Source of the DNA: Squalus acanthias
Lineage: Eukaryota
DNA length: 64,000 bases
NCBI GenBank assembly: GCA_030390025.1
Contig: JASTWF010000033.1
Location: forward strand, 6,140,001 to 6,204,000
Direction: 5' to 3'
In this document: one piece after another, positions 35,501 through 50,500 of the stretch
Layout: each line of letters starts with the position of its first letter
How positions within the stretch are numbered: position 1 is the stretch's first letter
The notes under the pieces: model-generated
Told to the model about the DNA's origin: nothing
Database searches by the model: none
Seen by the model: the letters and a program-made list of their open reading frames with translations, nothing else
Program-made: the position numbers and the translations under genes

Positions 35501-38500
35501 GGTGTGGAGGGCACCATGTGTAAATTAACAATTAACTGCACCTTTATTCCTCGGTGTAGAGGATACCATGTGTAAATTAACACTTAACTGTAACTTTATT
35601 CACTGCTGTAGAGGTTTTCATGTGTAATTTAACAATTAACTGTAAATTTAATCCCTGGTGTAGAGGATATCATGTTTAAATTAACAATTGACTGTAACTT
35701 TATCCCCTGGTGTAGAGGATACCATGTTTAAATTTACAATTAACTGTAACTTTAGTCACTGGTGCGGAGGACACCATGTGTAAATTAATTATTAACTGTA
35801 AATTTATTCCCCGGTGTAGAGGATACCATGTGTAAATTAACAATTAACTGTAACTTTGTTCCCTGGTGTGGTGGATAACATGTGTAAAATTAACAAGTAA
35901 CTGTCACTTTATTCACTGCTGTCGAGTATATCATGTGTAAATTACCAATTAACTGTAACTTAATTCCCCGGTGTAGAGGATACAATGTGTAAATTAACAA
36001 TTAACTGTAACTTTATTCCCCGGTGTAGAGGAAACCATGTGTAAATTAACAATTAACTGTAAATTTATTTCGGGGTGTGGTGGACACAATGTGTAAATTA
36101 ACAATTAACTGTACCTTTATTGCCCGGTGTAGAGGTTACAATGTGTAAAGTAACAATTAACTGTAACGTTATTCCCCGGAGTAGAGGATACAATGTGTAA
36201 ATTAACGAATATCTGTAACTTTATTCCGCATTGTAGAGGAAAGCATGGGTAAATTAACAATTAACTGTAACTTTATTCACTGGTGTGGACGTTACCATGT
36301 CTAAATTAACAATTAACAGTAAGGTCATTCCCCGGTGTAGAGGAAACCATGTGTAAATTAACAATTAACTGTAACTTTATTCCCCGGTGCAGAGGATACC
36401 ATGTGTAAAAAAAACAATTAACTGTAACTTTATTCACTGGTGTAGAGGAAACAACGTGTAAATTAACAATTAACTGAAACTTTATTCACTGCCTCAGAGG
36501 ATACTATGTATAAATTAACATTTAACTGTGACGTTATTCCCTGGTGTAAAGGATACCATGTGTAAATTAACAATTAACTGTAACATTATTCCCCGGTGCA
36601 GAGGATACCATGTGTAAATTAACAATTAACTTTAACTTTATTCACTGCTGTCGAGGATATCTTTTGTAAATTAACAATTAACTGTACCTTTATTCCCCGG
36701 TGTAGAGGATACCATGTGTAAATTAACAAATAACTGTAACTTTATTCCCCGGTGTGGAAGATACCATGTGTAAATTAACAAATAACTGTAACTTTATTCC
36801 CCTTGTGGAGGATACCATGTGTAAATTAACAAATAACTGTAACTTTATTCCCCGGTGTGGAGGATACCATGTGTAAATTAACAAATAACTGTAACTTTAT
36901 TCACTGCTGTAGAGGATTTCATGTGTAATTTAACAATTAACTGTAATTTTAGTACCTGGTGTGGTGGATACCATGTGTAAATTAACAATTAACTGTACCT
37001 TTATTCCCCGGTGTCGAGGTTACAAGGTGTAAAGTAACAATTAATTGTAACTTTATTCCCCGGAGTAGAGGATACAATGTGTAAATTAACAATATCTGTT
37101 ACTTTATTCCCCATTGTAGAGGATAGCATGTGTAAATTAACAATTAACTGTAACTTTATTCACTGGTGTGGACGATACCATGTCAAACTTAACAATTAAC
37201 AGTAACGTCATTCCCCGGTGTAGAGGATACAATGTTTAAATTAACAATTAACTGTAACTTTATTCCACGGTGCAGAGTATACCATGTGTAAAAAAACAAT
37301 TAACTGTAACTTTATTCATTAGTGTAGAGGAAACAATGTGTAAATTAACAATTAACTGAAACTTTATTCACTGCCTCAGAGGATAACATGTGTAAAATAA
37401 CAATTAACTGTAACTTTATTCCCTGGTGTAGAGGATACTATGTGTAAATTATCATTTAACTGTGACGTTATTCCCTGGTGTAGAGGATACCATGTGTAAA
37501 TTAACAATTAACTTTACCTTTATTCACTGCTGTCGAGGATATCTTTTGTAAATTAACAATTAACTGTAACTTTATTCCCCGGTGTGGAGGATACCATGTG
37601 TAAATTAACAATTAACTGTAACTTTATTCACTGCTGTAGAGGATATCTTTTGTAAACTAACAATTAACTGTAACTTTATTCCCCGGTGTGGAAGATACCA
37701 TATGTAATTTAACAATTCACTGTAATTTAAATCCCTGGTGCAGAGGATATCATGTTTAAATTAACAATTGACTGTAACTTTATCCCCTGGTGTAGAGGAT
37801 ACCCTGTTTAAATTAACAATTAACTGTAACTTCATTTCCCGGTGTGGAGGATACCATGTGTAAATTAAGAATTAACTGTAACTTTATTAACTGGTGTGGA
37901 GGATACAACGTGTGAATTAACAATTAACTGTAACTTTATTCCCCGGTGAAGAGGATCCTATGTTTAACGTAACAATTAAAGGTAACTTTATTCCCCGGAG
38001 TAGAGGATACAACGTGTAAATTAACGAATAACTGTAACTTTATTCACTGCTGCAGAGGATACCATATGTAAATTAACAGTTAACTGTAACGTTATTCCCT
38101 GGTGTAAAGGATATCATGCGTAAATTAACAATTAACTGTAACTTTCTTCCCCAATATAGTGGACACCATGTGTAGATTAACAATAATCTGTAACTTTACT
38201 CCCTGGTGCAGAGGATACCATGTGTAAATTACGAATTAACTGTAAATTATTCCGCGATGTAGAGGATACCATGTGTAAATTAACAATTAACTGTAACTTT
38301 ATTCATCGGTGTGGTGGATACCATGTGTAAATTAACAATTAACTATACCTTTATTCCCCGGTGTAGAGGTTACAAGGTGTAAAGTAACAATTAACTGTAA
38401 CTTTATTCCCCGGTGAAGATGATCCTATGTTTAACTTAACAATTAAATGTAACTTTATTCCCCGGAGTAGAGGATACAATGTGTAAGTTAACGAATATCT

Positions 38501-41500
38501 GTAACTTTATTCCACATTGTAGAGGATTGCATGTGTAAATTAACAATTAACTGTAGCTTTATTCACTGGTGTGGACGATACCATGTCAAAATTAACAATT
38601 AACAGTAACGTCATTCCCTGGTGTAGAGGATACCATGTGTAAATTACGAATTCACTGTAAATTATTCCGCGATGTAGAGGATACCATGTGTAAATTAACA
38701 ATTAACTGTAACTTTATTTACCGGTGTAGAGAATACCATGTGTAAATTAACAATTAACTGTAACTTTATTCCCCGGTGTAGAGGATACCATGTGTAAATT
38801 AACAATTAACTATAACTTTATTCCCCGGTGTAGAGGATACCATGTGTAAATTAACAATTAACTGTAACGTTATTCCCTGGTGTAAAGGATATCATGTGTA
38901 AATTAACAATAATCTGTAAATTTATTCCCTGGTGTAGAGGATACCATGTGTAAATTACAATTAACTGTAAATTATTCCCCGGTGTAGAGGATACCATGTG
39001 TAAATTAACAATTAACTGTAACTTTATTAACTTGTGCAGAGGTTACCATGAGTAAAATAATAATTAACTGTAACTTTATTCCCCGGTGTGGAGGATACAA
39101 CATGTAAATTAACAATTAACTGTAACTTTATTCCCTGATGTGGAGGATACCATGTGTAAATTAACAATTAACTGTAACTTTATTCAGTGCTTTCGAGGAT
39201 ACAACGTGTAAATTAACAATTAACTGTAACTTAATTCCCGGTGTAGAGGATACCATGTGTAAATTATCAATTAACTATACCGTTATTCCCCGGTGTAGAG
39301 GTTACAAGGTGTAAAGTAACAATTAACTGTAACTTTATTCACTGGTGTGGACGATACCATGTCTAAATTAACAATTAACAGTAACATCATTCCCCGGTGT
39401 AGAGGATACAATGTTTAAATTAACAATTAACTGTAACTTTATACCCTGGTGTAAAGGGTACCATGTGTAAATTAACAATTAACTGTAATTTTATTCACTG
39501 GTGCAGAGGAAACAATGTGTAAATTAAGAATTAACTGAAACTTTATTCATTGCCTCGGAGGATACCATGTGTAAATTAACAATTAACTGTCACTTTATTC
39601 CCCGGTGTGGAGGATACCATGTGTAAATTAACAATTAACTGTAACTTTATTCACTGCTGTAGAGGATATCTTTTGTAAATTAACAATTAACTGTAACTTT
39701 ATTCCCCGGTGTGGAGGCTACCATATGTAATTTAACAATTCACTGTAATTTAAATCCCTGTTGCAGAGGATATCATGTTTAAATTAACAATTCACTGCAA
39801 CTTTATCCCCTGGTGTACAGGATACCCTGTTTAAATTAACATTTAACTGTAACTTCATTTCCCGGTGTGGAGGATACCATGTGTAAATTAACAGTTAACT
39901 GTAACTTTATTCCCCGGTGTAGAGGATACCATGTGTAAATTAACACTTAACTGTAACTTTATTCACTGCTGTAGAGGATTTCATGTGTAATTTAACAATT
40001 AACTGTAATTTAAATCCCTGGTGCAGAGGATATCATGTTTAAATTAACAATTGACTGTAACTTTATCCCCTGGTGTAGAGGATACACTGTTTAAATTAAC
40101 AATTAACTGTAACTTCATTTCCCGGTGTGGAGGATACCATGTGTAAATTAAGAATTAACTGTAACTTTAGTCACTGGTGCGGAGGATACCACGTGTAAAT
40201 TAACAATTAACTGTAACTTTATTAACTGGTGTGGAGGATACAACGTGTGAATTAACAATTAACTGTAACTTTATTCCCCGGTGAAGAGGATCCTATGTTT
40301 AACTTAACAATTAAAGGTAACTTTATTCCCCGGAGTAGAGGATACAACGTGTAAATTAACGAATAACTGTAACTTTATTCACGGCTGCAGAGGATACTAT
40401 GTGTAAATTAACAATTAACTATAACATTATTCACTGCTGTAGAGGATACCATATGTAAATTAACAGTTAACTGTAACGTTATTCCCTGGTGTAAAGGATA
40501 TCATGCGTAAATTAACAATTAACTGTAACTTTCTTCCCCAATATAGTGGACACCATGTGTAGATTAACAATAATCTGTAACTTTATTCCCTGGTGTAGAG
40601 GATACCATGTGTAAATTACGAATTAACTGTAAATTATTCCGCGATGTAGAGGATACCATGTGTAAATTAACAATTAACTGTAACTTTATTCATCGGTGTG
40701 GTGGATACCATGTGTAAATTAACAATTAACTATACCTTTATTCCCCGGTGTAGAGGTTACAAGGTGTAAAGTATCAATTAACTGTAACTTTATTCCCCGG
40801 TGAAGATGATCCTATGTTTAACTTAACAATTAACTGTAACTTTATTCCCCGGAGTAGAGGATACAATGTGTAAGTTAACGAATATCTGTAACTTTATTCC
40901 ACATTGTAGAGGATTGCATGTGTAAATTAACAATTAACTGTAACTTTATTCACTGGTGTGGACGATACCATGTCTAAATTAACAATTAACAGTAACGTCA
41001 TTCACTGGTGTAGAGGATACCATGTGTAAATTACGAATTCACTGTAAATTATTCCGCGATGTAGTGGATACCATGTGTAAATTAACAATTAACTGTAACT
41101 TTATTTACCAGTGTAGAGAATACCATGTGTAAATTAACAATTAACTGTAACTTTATTCCCCGGTGTAGAGGATACCATGTGTAAATTAACAATTAACTGT
41201 AACTTTATTCCCGGTGTAGAGGATACCATGTGTAAATTAACAATTAACTGTAACTTTATTCCCCGGTGTAGAGGATACCATGTGTAAATTAACAATTAAC
41301 TGTAACGTTATTCCCTGGTGTAAAGGATATCATGTGTAAATTAACAATAATCTGTAACTTTATTCCCTGGTGTAGAGGATACCATGTGTAAATTACAATT
41401 AACTGTAAATTATTCCCCGGTGTAGAGGATACCATGTGTAAATTAACAATTAACTGTAACTTTATTAACTTGTGCAGAGGTTACCATGTGTAAAATAATA

Positions 41501-44500
41501 ATTAACTGTAACTTTATTCCCCGGTGTGGAGGATACAACATGTAAATTAACAATTAACTGTAACTTTATTCCCTGATGTGGAGGATACCATGTGTAAATT
41601 AACAATTAACTGTAACTTTATTCAGTGCTTTCGAGGATACAACGTGTAAATTAACAATTAACTGTAACTTAATTCCCCGGTGTAGAGGTTACAAGGTGTA
41701 AAGTAACAATTAACTGTAACTTTATTCCCCGGAGTAGAGCATACAATGTGTAAATTAACGAATATCTGTAACTTTATTCCACATTGTAGAAGATTGCATG
41801 TGTAAATTAACAATTAACTGTAACTTTATTCACTGGTGTGGACGATACCATGTCTAAATTAACAATTAACTATACCGTTATTCCCCGGTGTAGAGGTTAC
41901 AAGGTGTAAAGTAACAATTAACTGTAACTTTATTCACTGGTGTGGACGATACCATGTCTAAATTAACAATTAACAGTAACATCATTCCCCGGTGTAGAGG
42001 ATACAATGTTTAAATTAACAATTAACTGTAACTTTATACCCTGGTGTAAAGGGTACCATGTGTAAATTAACAATTAACTGTAATTTTATTCACTGGTGCA
42101 GAGGAAACAATGTGTAAATTTAAGAATTAACTGAAACTTTATTCATTGCTCGGAGGATACCATGTGTAAATTAACAATTAACTGTCACTTTATTCCCCGG
42201 TGTGGAGGATACCATGTGTAAATTAACAATTAACTGTAACTTTATTCACTGCTGTAGAGGATATCTTTTGTAAATTAACAATTAACTGTAACTTTATTCC
42301 CCGGTGTGGAGGCTACCATATGTAATTTAACAATTCACTGTAATTTAAATCCCTGTTGCAGAGGATATCATGTTTAAATTAACAATTCACTGCAACTTTA
42401 TCCCCTGGTGTACAGGATACCCTGTTTAAATTAACATTTAACTGTAACTTCATTTCCCGGTGTGGAGGATACCATGTGTAAATTAACAGTTAACTGTAAC
42501 TTTATTCCCCGGTGTAGAGGATACCATGTGTAAATTAACACTTAACTGTAACTTTATTCACTGCTGTAGAGGATTTCATGTGTAATTTAACAATTAACTG
42601 TAATTTAAATCCCTGGTGCAGAGGATATCATGTTTAAATTAACAATTGACTGTAACTTTATCCCCTGGTGTAGAGGATACACTGTTTAAATTAACAATTA
42701 ACTGTAACTTCATTTCCCGGTGTGGAGGATACCAGTGTGAAATTAAGAATTAACTGTAACTTTAGTCACTGGTGCGGAGGATACCACGTGTAAATTAACA
42801 ATTAACTGTAACTTTATTAACTGGTGTGGAGGATACAACGTGTGAATTAACAATTTACTGTAACTTTATTCCCCGGTGAAGAGGATCCTATGTTTAACTT
42901 AACAATTAAAGGTAACTTTATTCCCGGAGTAGAGGATACAACGTGTAAATTAACGAATAACTGTAACTTTATTCACGGCTGCAGAGGATACTATGTGTAA
43001 ATTAACAATTAACTATAACATTATTCACTGCTGTAGAGGATACCATATGTAAATTAACAGTTAACTGTAACGTTATTCCCTGGTGTAAAGGATATCATGC
43101 GTAAATTTAACAATTAACTGTAAATTTCTTCCCAATATAGTGGACACCATGTGTAGATTAACAATAATCTGTAACTTTATTCCCTGGTGTAGAGGATACC
43201 ATGTGTAAATTACGAATTAACTGTAAATTATTCCGCGATGTAGAGGATACCATGTGTAAATTAACAATTAACTGTAACTTTATTCATCGGTGTGGTGGAT
43301 ACCATGTGTAAATTAACAATTAACTATACCTTTATTCCCCGGTGTAGAGGTTACAAGGTGTAAAGTATCAATTAACTGTAACTTTATTCCCCGGTGAAGA
43401 TGATCCTATGTTTAACTTAACAATTAACTGTAACTTTATTCCCCGGAGTAGAGGATACAATGTGTAAGTTAACGAATATCTGTAACTTTATTCCACATTG
43501 TAGAGGATTGCATGTGTAAATTAACAATTAACTGTAACTTTATTCACTGGTGTGGACGATACCATGTCTAAATTAACAATTAACAGTAACGTCATTCACT
43601 GGTGTAGAGGATACCATGTGTAAATTACGAATTCACTGTAAATTATTCCGCGATGTAGTGGATACCATGTGTAAATTAACAATTAACTGTAACTTTATTT
43701 ACCAGTGTAGAGAATACCATGTGTAAATTAACAATTAACTGTAACTTTATTCCCCGGTGTAGAGGATACCATGTGTAAATTAACAATTAACTGTAACTTT
43801 ATTCCCCGGTGTAGAGGATACCATGTGTAAATTAACAATTAACTGTAACTTTATTCCCCGGTGTAGAGGATACCATGTGTAAATTAACAGTTAACTGTAA
43901 CGTTATTCCCTGGTGTAAAGGATATCATGTGTAAATTAACAATAATCTGTAACTTTATTCCCTGGTGTAGAGGATACCATGTGTAAATTACAATTAACTG
44001 TAAATTATTCCCCGGTGTAGAGGATACCATGTGTAAATTAACAATTAACTGTAACTTTATTAACTTGTGCAGAGGTTACCATGTGTAAAATAATAATTAA
44101 CTGTAACTTTATTCCCCGGTGTGGAGGATACAACATGTAAATTAACAATTAACTGTAACTTTATTCCCTGATGTGGAGGATACCATGTGTAAATTAACAA
44201 TTAACTGTAACTTTATTCAGTGCTTTCGAGGATACACGTGTAAATTAACAATTAACTGTAACTTATTCCCCGGTGTAGAGGTTACAAGGTGTAAAGTAAC
44301 AATTAACTGTAACTTATTCCCCGGAGTAGAGCATACAATGTGTAAATTAACGAATATCTGTAACTTTATTCCACATTGTAGAAGATTGCATGTGTAAATT
44401 AACAATTAACTGTAACTTTATTCACTGGTGTGGACGATACCATGTCTAAATTAACAATTAACTGTAACTTTATACCCTGGTTGTAAAGGGTACCTGTGTG

Positions 44501-47500
44501 TAAATTAACAATTAACTGTAATTTTATTCACTGGTGCAGAGGAAACAACGTGTAAATTAAGAATTAACTGAAACTTTATTCACTGCCTCGGAGGATACCA
44601 TGTGTAAATTAACAATTAACTGCAACTTTATTCCCTGGTGTAGAGGATACCATGTGTAAATTAACAATTAACTGTAACTTTATTCACTGCTGCAGAGGAT
44701 ACCATGTGTAAATTAACAATTAACTGTAACTTTATTCACTGCTGTTGAGGATACCATGTGTAAATTAACAATTAATTGTAACTTTAATATCCGGTGTAGA
44801 GGATACCATGTGTAAATTAACAATTAACTGTAACTTTATTCACTGCTGCAGAGGATACTATGTGTACATTATCATTTAACTGTGACGCTATTCCCTGGTG
44901 TAGAGGACACCATGTGTAAATTAACAATTAACTGTAACTTTATTCACTGCTGTAGAGGATACCATATGTAAATTAACAATTAACTGTAACTTTAATCCCC
45001 GGTGTAGAGGATACCATGTGTAATTTAACAATTAACGGTAACTTTATTCCTCGGTGTCGGGATTACTATGTGTAAATTAACAGTTAACTGTAAATTTATT
45101 CACTGCTGTAGAGGATACCATGCGAAAATTTACAATTAACTGTATCTTTATTCCCCGGTGTGGAGGATACCATGTGTAAATTAACAGTTAACTGTAACTT
45201 TATTCACTGCTGTAGAGGATTTCATGTGTAATTTAACAATTAACTGTAATTTTAATACCTGGTGTAGAGGATATCATGTTTAAATTAACAATTAACTGTA
45301 ACTTCATTTCCCGGTGTAGAGGATACCATGTGTAAATTAAGAATTAACTGTAACTTTATTCCCTGGTGTAGAGGATACCATGTGTAAATTAATAATTAAC
45401 TGTAACTCTATTCCCCGGTGTGGAGGATACAACGTGTAAATTAACAATTAACTGTAACTTTGTTCCCTGGTGTGGTGGATAACATGTGTAAAATTAACAA
45501 TTAACTGTAACTTTATTCACTGCTGTCGAGTATATCATGTGTAAATTACCAATTAACGTAACTTAATTCCCCGGTGTAGAGGATACCATGTGTAAATTAA
45601 CAATTAACTGTAACTTTATTACCCGGTGTGGTGGATACCATGTGTAAATTAACAATTAACTGTAACTTTATTCCCCGGTGTAGAGGATACCATGTGTAAA
45701 TTAACAGTTAACTGTAACGTTATTCCCTGGTGTAAAGGATATCATGTGTAAATTAACAATAATCTGTAACTTTATTCCCTGGTGTAGAGGATACCATGTG
45801 TAAATTACAATTAACTGTAAATTATTCCCCGGTGTAGAGGATACCATGAGTAAATGAACAATTAACTGTAACTTTATTCACTGGTGTGGACGATACCATG
45901 TCTAAATTAACAATTAACTGTAACTTTATACCCTGGTGTAAAGGGTACCATGTGTAAATTAACAATTAACTGTAATTTTATTCACTGGTGCAGAGGAAAC
46001 AACGTGTAAATTAAGAATTAACTGAAACTTTATTCACTGCCTCGGAGGATACCATGTGTAAATTAACAATTAACTGTAACTTTATTCCCCGGTGCAGAGG
46101 ATACCATGTGTAAATTAACAATTAACTGCAACTTTATTCCCTGGTGTAGAGGATACCATGTGTAAATTAACAATTAACTGTAACTTTATTCACTGCTGCA
46201 GAGGATACCATGTGTAAATTAACAATTAGCTGTAACTTTATTCACTGCTGTTGAGGATACCATGTGTAAATTAACAATTAATTGTAACTTTAATATCCGG
46301 TGTAGAGGATACCATGTGTAAATTAACAATTAACTGTAACTTTATTCACTGCTGCAGAGGATACTATGTGTACATTATCATTTAACTGTGACGCTATTCC
46401 CTGGTGTAGAGGACACCATGTGTAAATTAACAATTAACTGTAACTTTATTCACTGCTGTAGAGGATACCATATGTAAATTAACAATTAATTGTAACTTTA
46501 ATCCCCGGTGTAGAGGATACCATGTGTAATTTAACAATTAACGGTAACTTTATTCCTCGGTGTCGGGATTACTATGTGTAAATTAACAGTTAACTGTAAA
46601 TTTATTCACTGCTGTAGAGGATACCATGCGAAAATTTACAATTAACTGTATCTTTATTCCCCGGTGTGGAGGATACCATGTGTAAATTAACAGTTAACTG
46701 TAACTTTATTCACTGCTGTAGAGGATTTCATGTGTAATTTAACAATTAACTGTAATTTTAATACCTGGTGTAGAGGATATCATGTTTAAATTAACAATTA
46801 ACTGTAACTTCATTTCCCGGTGTAGAGGATACCATGTGTAAATTAAGAATTAACTGTAACTTTATTCCCTGGTGTAGAGGATACCATGTGTAAATTAATA
46901 ATTAACTGTAACTTTATTCCCCGGTGTGGAGGATACAACGTGTAAATTAACAATTAACTGTAACTTTGTTCCCTGGTGTGGTGGATAACATGTGTAAAAT
47001 TAACAATTAACTGTAACTTTATTCACTGCTGTCGAGTATATCATGTGTAAATTACCAATTAACGTAACTTAATTCCCCGGTGTAGAGGATACCATGTGTA
47101 AATTAACAATTAACTGTAACTTTATTACCCGGTGTGGTGGATACCATGTGTAAATTAACAATTAACTGTAACTTTATTCCCCGGTGTAGAGGATACCATG
47201 TGTAAATTAACAATTAACTGTAACGTTATTCCCTGGTGTAGAGGATATCATGTGTAAATTAACAATTAACTGTAACTTTATTCCCTGGTGTAGAGGATAC
47301 CATGTGTAAATTAACAATTAACTGTAACGTTATTCCCCGGTGTAGAGGATACCATGTGTTAATGAACAATTAACTGTAACTTTATTACCTGGTGCAGAGG
47401 TTACCTTGTGTAAATTAACAATTAACTGTAACTTTATTCCCCGGTGTGAGGATACAACATGTAAATTAACAATTAACTGTAACTTTATTCCCTGATGTGG

Positions 47501-50500
47501 AGGATACCATGTGTAAATTACCAATTAACTGTAACTTAATTCCCCGGTGCAGAGGATACCATGTGTAAATTACCAATTAACTGTACCTTTATTCCCCGGT
47601 GTAGAGGATACCATGTGTAAATTAAAAATTAACTGTAACTTTATTCCCCGGTGTAGAGGATACCATGTGTAAATTAACAATTAACTGTAACTTTATTACC
47701 CGGTGTGGAGGATACCATGTGTAAATTAACAATTAACTGTACCTTTATTCCCCGGTGTAGAGGTTACAAGGTGTAAAGTAACAATTAACTGTAACTTTAT
47801 TCCCCGGAGTAGAGGATACAATGTGTAAATTAACAATATCTGTTACTTTATTCCCCATTGTAGAGGATAGCATGTGTAAATTAACAATTAACTGTAACTT
47901 TATTCACTGGTGTGGACGATACCATGTCTAACTTAACAATTAACAGTAACGTCATTCCCCGGTGTAGAGGATACAATGTTTAAATTAACAATTAACTGTA
48001 TCTTTATTCCACGGTGCAGAGTATACCATGTGTAAAAAAACAATTAACTGTAACTTTATTCACTAGTGTAGAGGAAACAATGTGTAAATTAACAATTAAC
48101 TGAAACTTTATTCACTGCCTCAGAGGATACCATGTGTAAAATAACAATTAACTGTAACTTTATTCCCTGGTGTAGAGGATACTATGTGTAAATTATCATT
48201 TAACTGTGACGTTATTCCCTGGTGTAGAGGATACCATGTTGTAAATTAACAATTAACTGTAACTTTATTTCCCTGCTGTAGAGGATACCATGTGTAAATT
48301 AACAATTAACTGTAACTTTATTCCCCTGGTGTAGAGGATACCATGTGTAAATTAACAATTAACTGTAACTTTATTCCCTGCTGTAGAGGATACATGTGTA
48401 AATTAACAATTAACTGTAACTTTATTCCCGGTGTAGAGGATACCATGTGTAAATTAACAATTAACTGTAACTTTATTCCCTGTGTAGAGGATACCATGTG
48501 TAAATTAACAATTAACTGTAACTTTATTCCCCGGTGTAGAGGATACCATGTGTAAATTAACAATTAACTGTAACTTCTATTCCCGGTGTAGAGGATACCA
48601 TGTGTAAATTAACAATTAACTGTAACTTTATTCCCGGTGTAGAGGATACCATGTGTAAATTAACAATTAACTGTAACTTTATTCACGGTGTAGAGGATTC
48701 CATGTGTAAATTAACAATTAACTGTAATTTAAATCCCTGGTGCAGAGGATATCATGTTTAAATTAACAATTGACTGTAACTATATCCCCTGGTGTAGAGG
48801 ATACCCTGTTTAAATTAACAATTAACTGTAACTTCATTTCCCGGTGTGGAGGATACCATGTGTAAATTAAGAATTAACTGTAACTTTAGTCACTGGTGCG
48901 GAGGATACCACGTGTAAATTAACAATTAACTGTAACTTTATTAACTGGTGTGGAGGATACAACGTGTGAATTAACAATTAACTGTAACTTTATTCCTCGG
49001 TGAAGAGGATCCTATGTTTAACTTAACAATTAAAGGTAACTTTATTCCCCGGAGTAGAGGATACAACGTGTAAATTAACGAATAACTGTAACTTTATTCA
49101 CGGCTGCAGAGGATACTATGTGTAAATTAACAATTAAGTGTAACATTATTCACTGCTGTAGAGGATACCATATGTAAATTAACAGTTAACTGTAACGTTA
49201 TTCCTGGTGTAAAGGATATCATGCGTAAATTAACAATTAACTGTAACTTTATTCCCTGAGAGAGGATGACCATGTGTAAATTAACAATAACTGTAACTTT
49301 ATTCCCTGGTGCAGAGGATACCATGTGTAAATTACAATTAACTGTAACTTTATTCCCGGTGTAGAGGATACAATGTGTAAATTAACAATTAACTGTAACT
49401 TTATTCCCTCGGTGTAGAGGATACCATGTGTAAATTAACAATTAACTGAAACTTTATTCCCCGGTGTAGAGGATACCATGTGTAAATTAACAATTAACTG
49501 TAACTTTATTCCCCGTGTAGAGGAATCCTATGTGTAAATTAACAATTAACTGTAACTTTATTCCGCGGTGTAGAGGATACATGTGTAAATTAACAATAAC
49601 TGTAACTTTATTCCCGGTGTAGAGGATACCATGTGTAAATTAACAATTAACTGTAACTTTATTCCCTGGTGTAGAGGATACCATGTGTAAATTAACAATT
49701 AACTTTAACTTTATTCCCCGGTGTAGAGGATACCATGTGTAAATTACGAATTCACTGTAAATTATTCCGCGATGTAGAGGATACCATGTGTAAATTAACA
49801 ATTAACTGTAACTTTATTTACCGGTGTAGAGATACCATGTGTAAATTAACAATTAACTGTAACTTTATTCCCCGGTGTAGAGGATACCATGTGTAAATTA
49901 ACAATTAACTGTAACTTTATTCCCCGGTGTAGAGGATACCATGTGTAAATTAACAATTAACTGTAACTTTATTCCCCGGTGTAGAGGATACCATGTGTAA
50001 ATTAACAGTTAACTGTAACGTTATTCCCTGGTGTAAAGGATATCATGTGTAAATTAACAATAATCTGTAACTTTATTCCCCGGTGTAGAGGATACCATGT
50101 GTAAATTACAATTAACTGTAAATTATTCCCCGGTGTAGAGGATACCATATGTAAATAAACAATTAACTGTAACTTTATTAACTTGTGCAGAGGTTACCAT
50201 GTGTAAAATAATAATTAACTGTAACTTTATTCCCCGGTGTGGAGGATACAACATGTAAATTAACAATTAACTGTAACTTTATTCCCTGATGTGGAGGATA
50301 CCATGTGTAAATTAACAATTAACTGTAACTTTATTCAGTGCTTTCGAGGATACAACGTGTAAATTAACAATTAACTGTAACTTAATTCCCCGGTGTAGAG
50401 GATACCATGTGTAAATTATCAATTAACTATACCGTTATTCCCCGGTGTAGAGGTTACAAGGTGTAAAGTAACAATTAACTGTAACTTTATTCCCCGGAGT

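Noticed and set aside
24544..49324. Short ORFs in the satellite (..TWYPLHRGIKLQLIVNLH.., ..MVSSTPGNKVTVNC..)
   Set aside because: Translations of the 52-bp repeat that stay open through chance substitutions and indels; no coding features.
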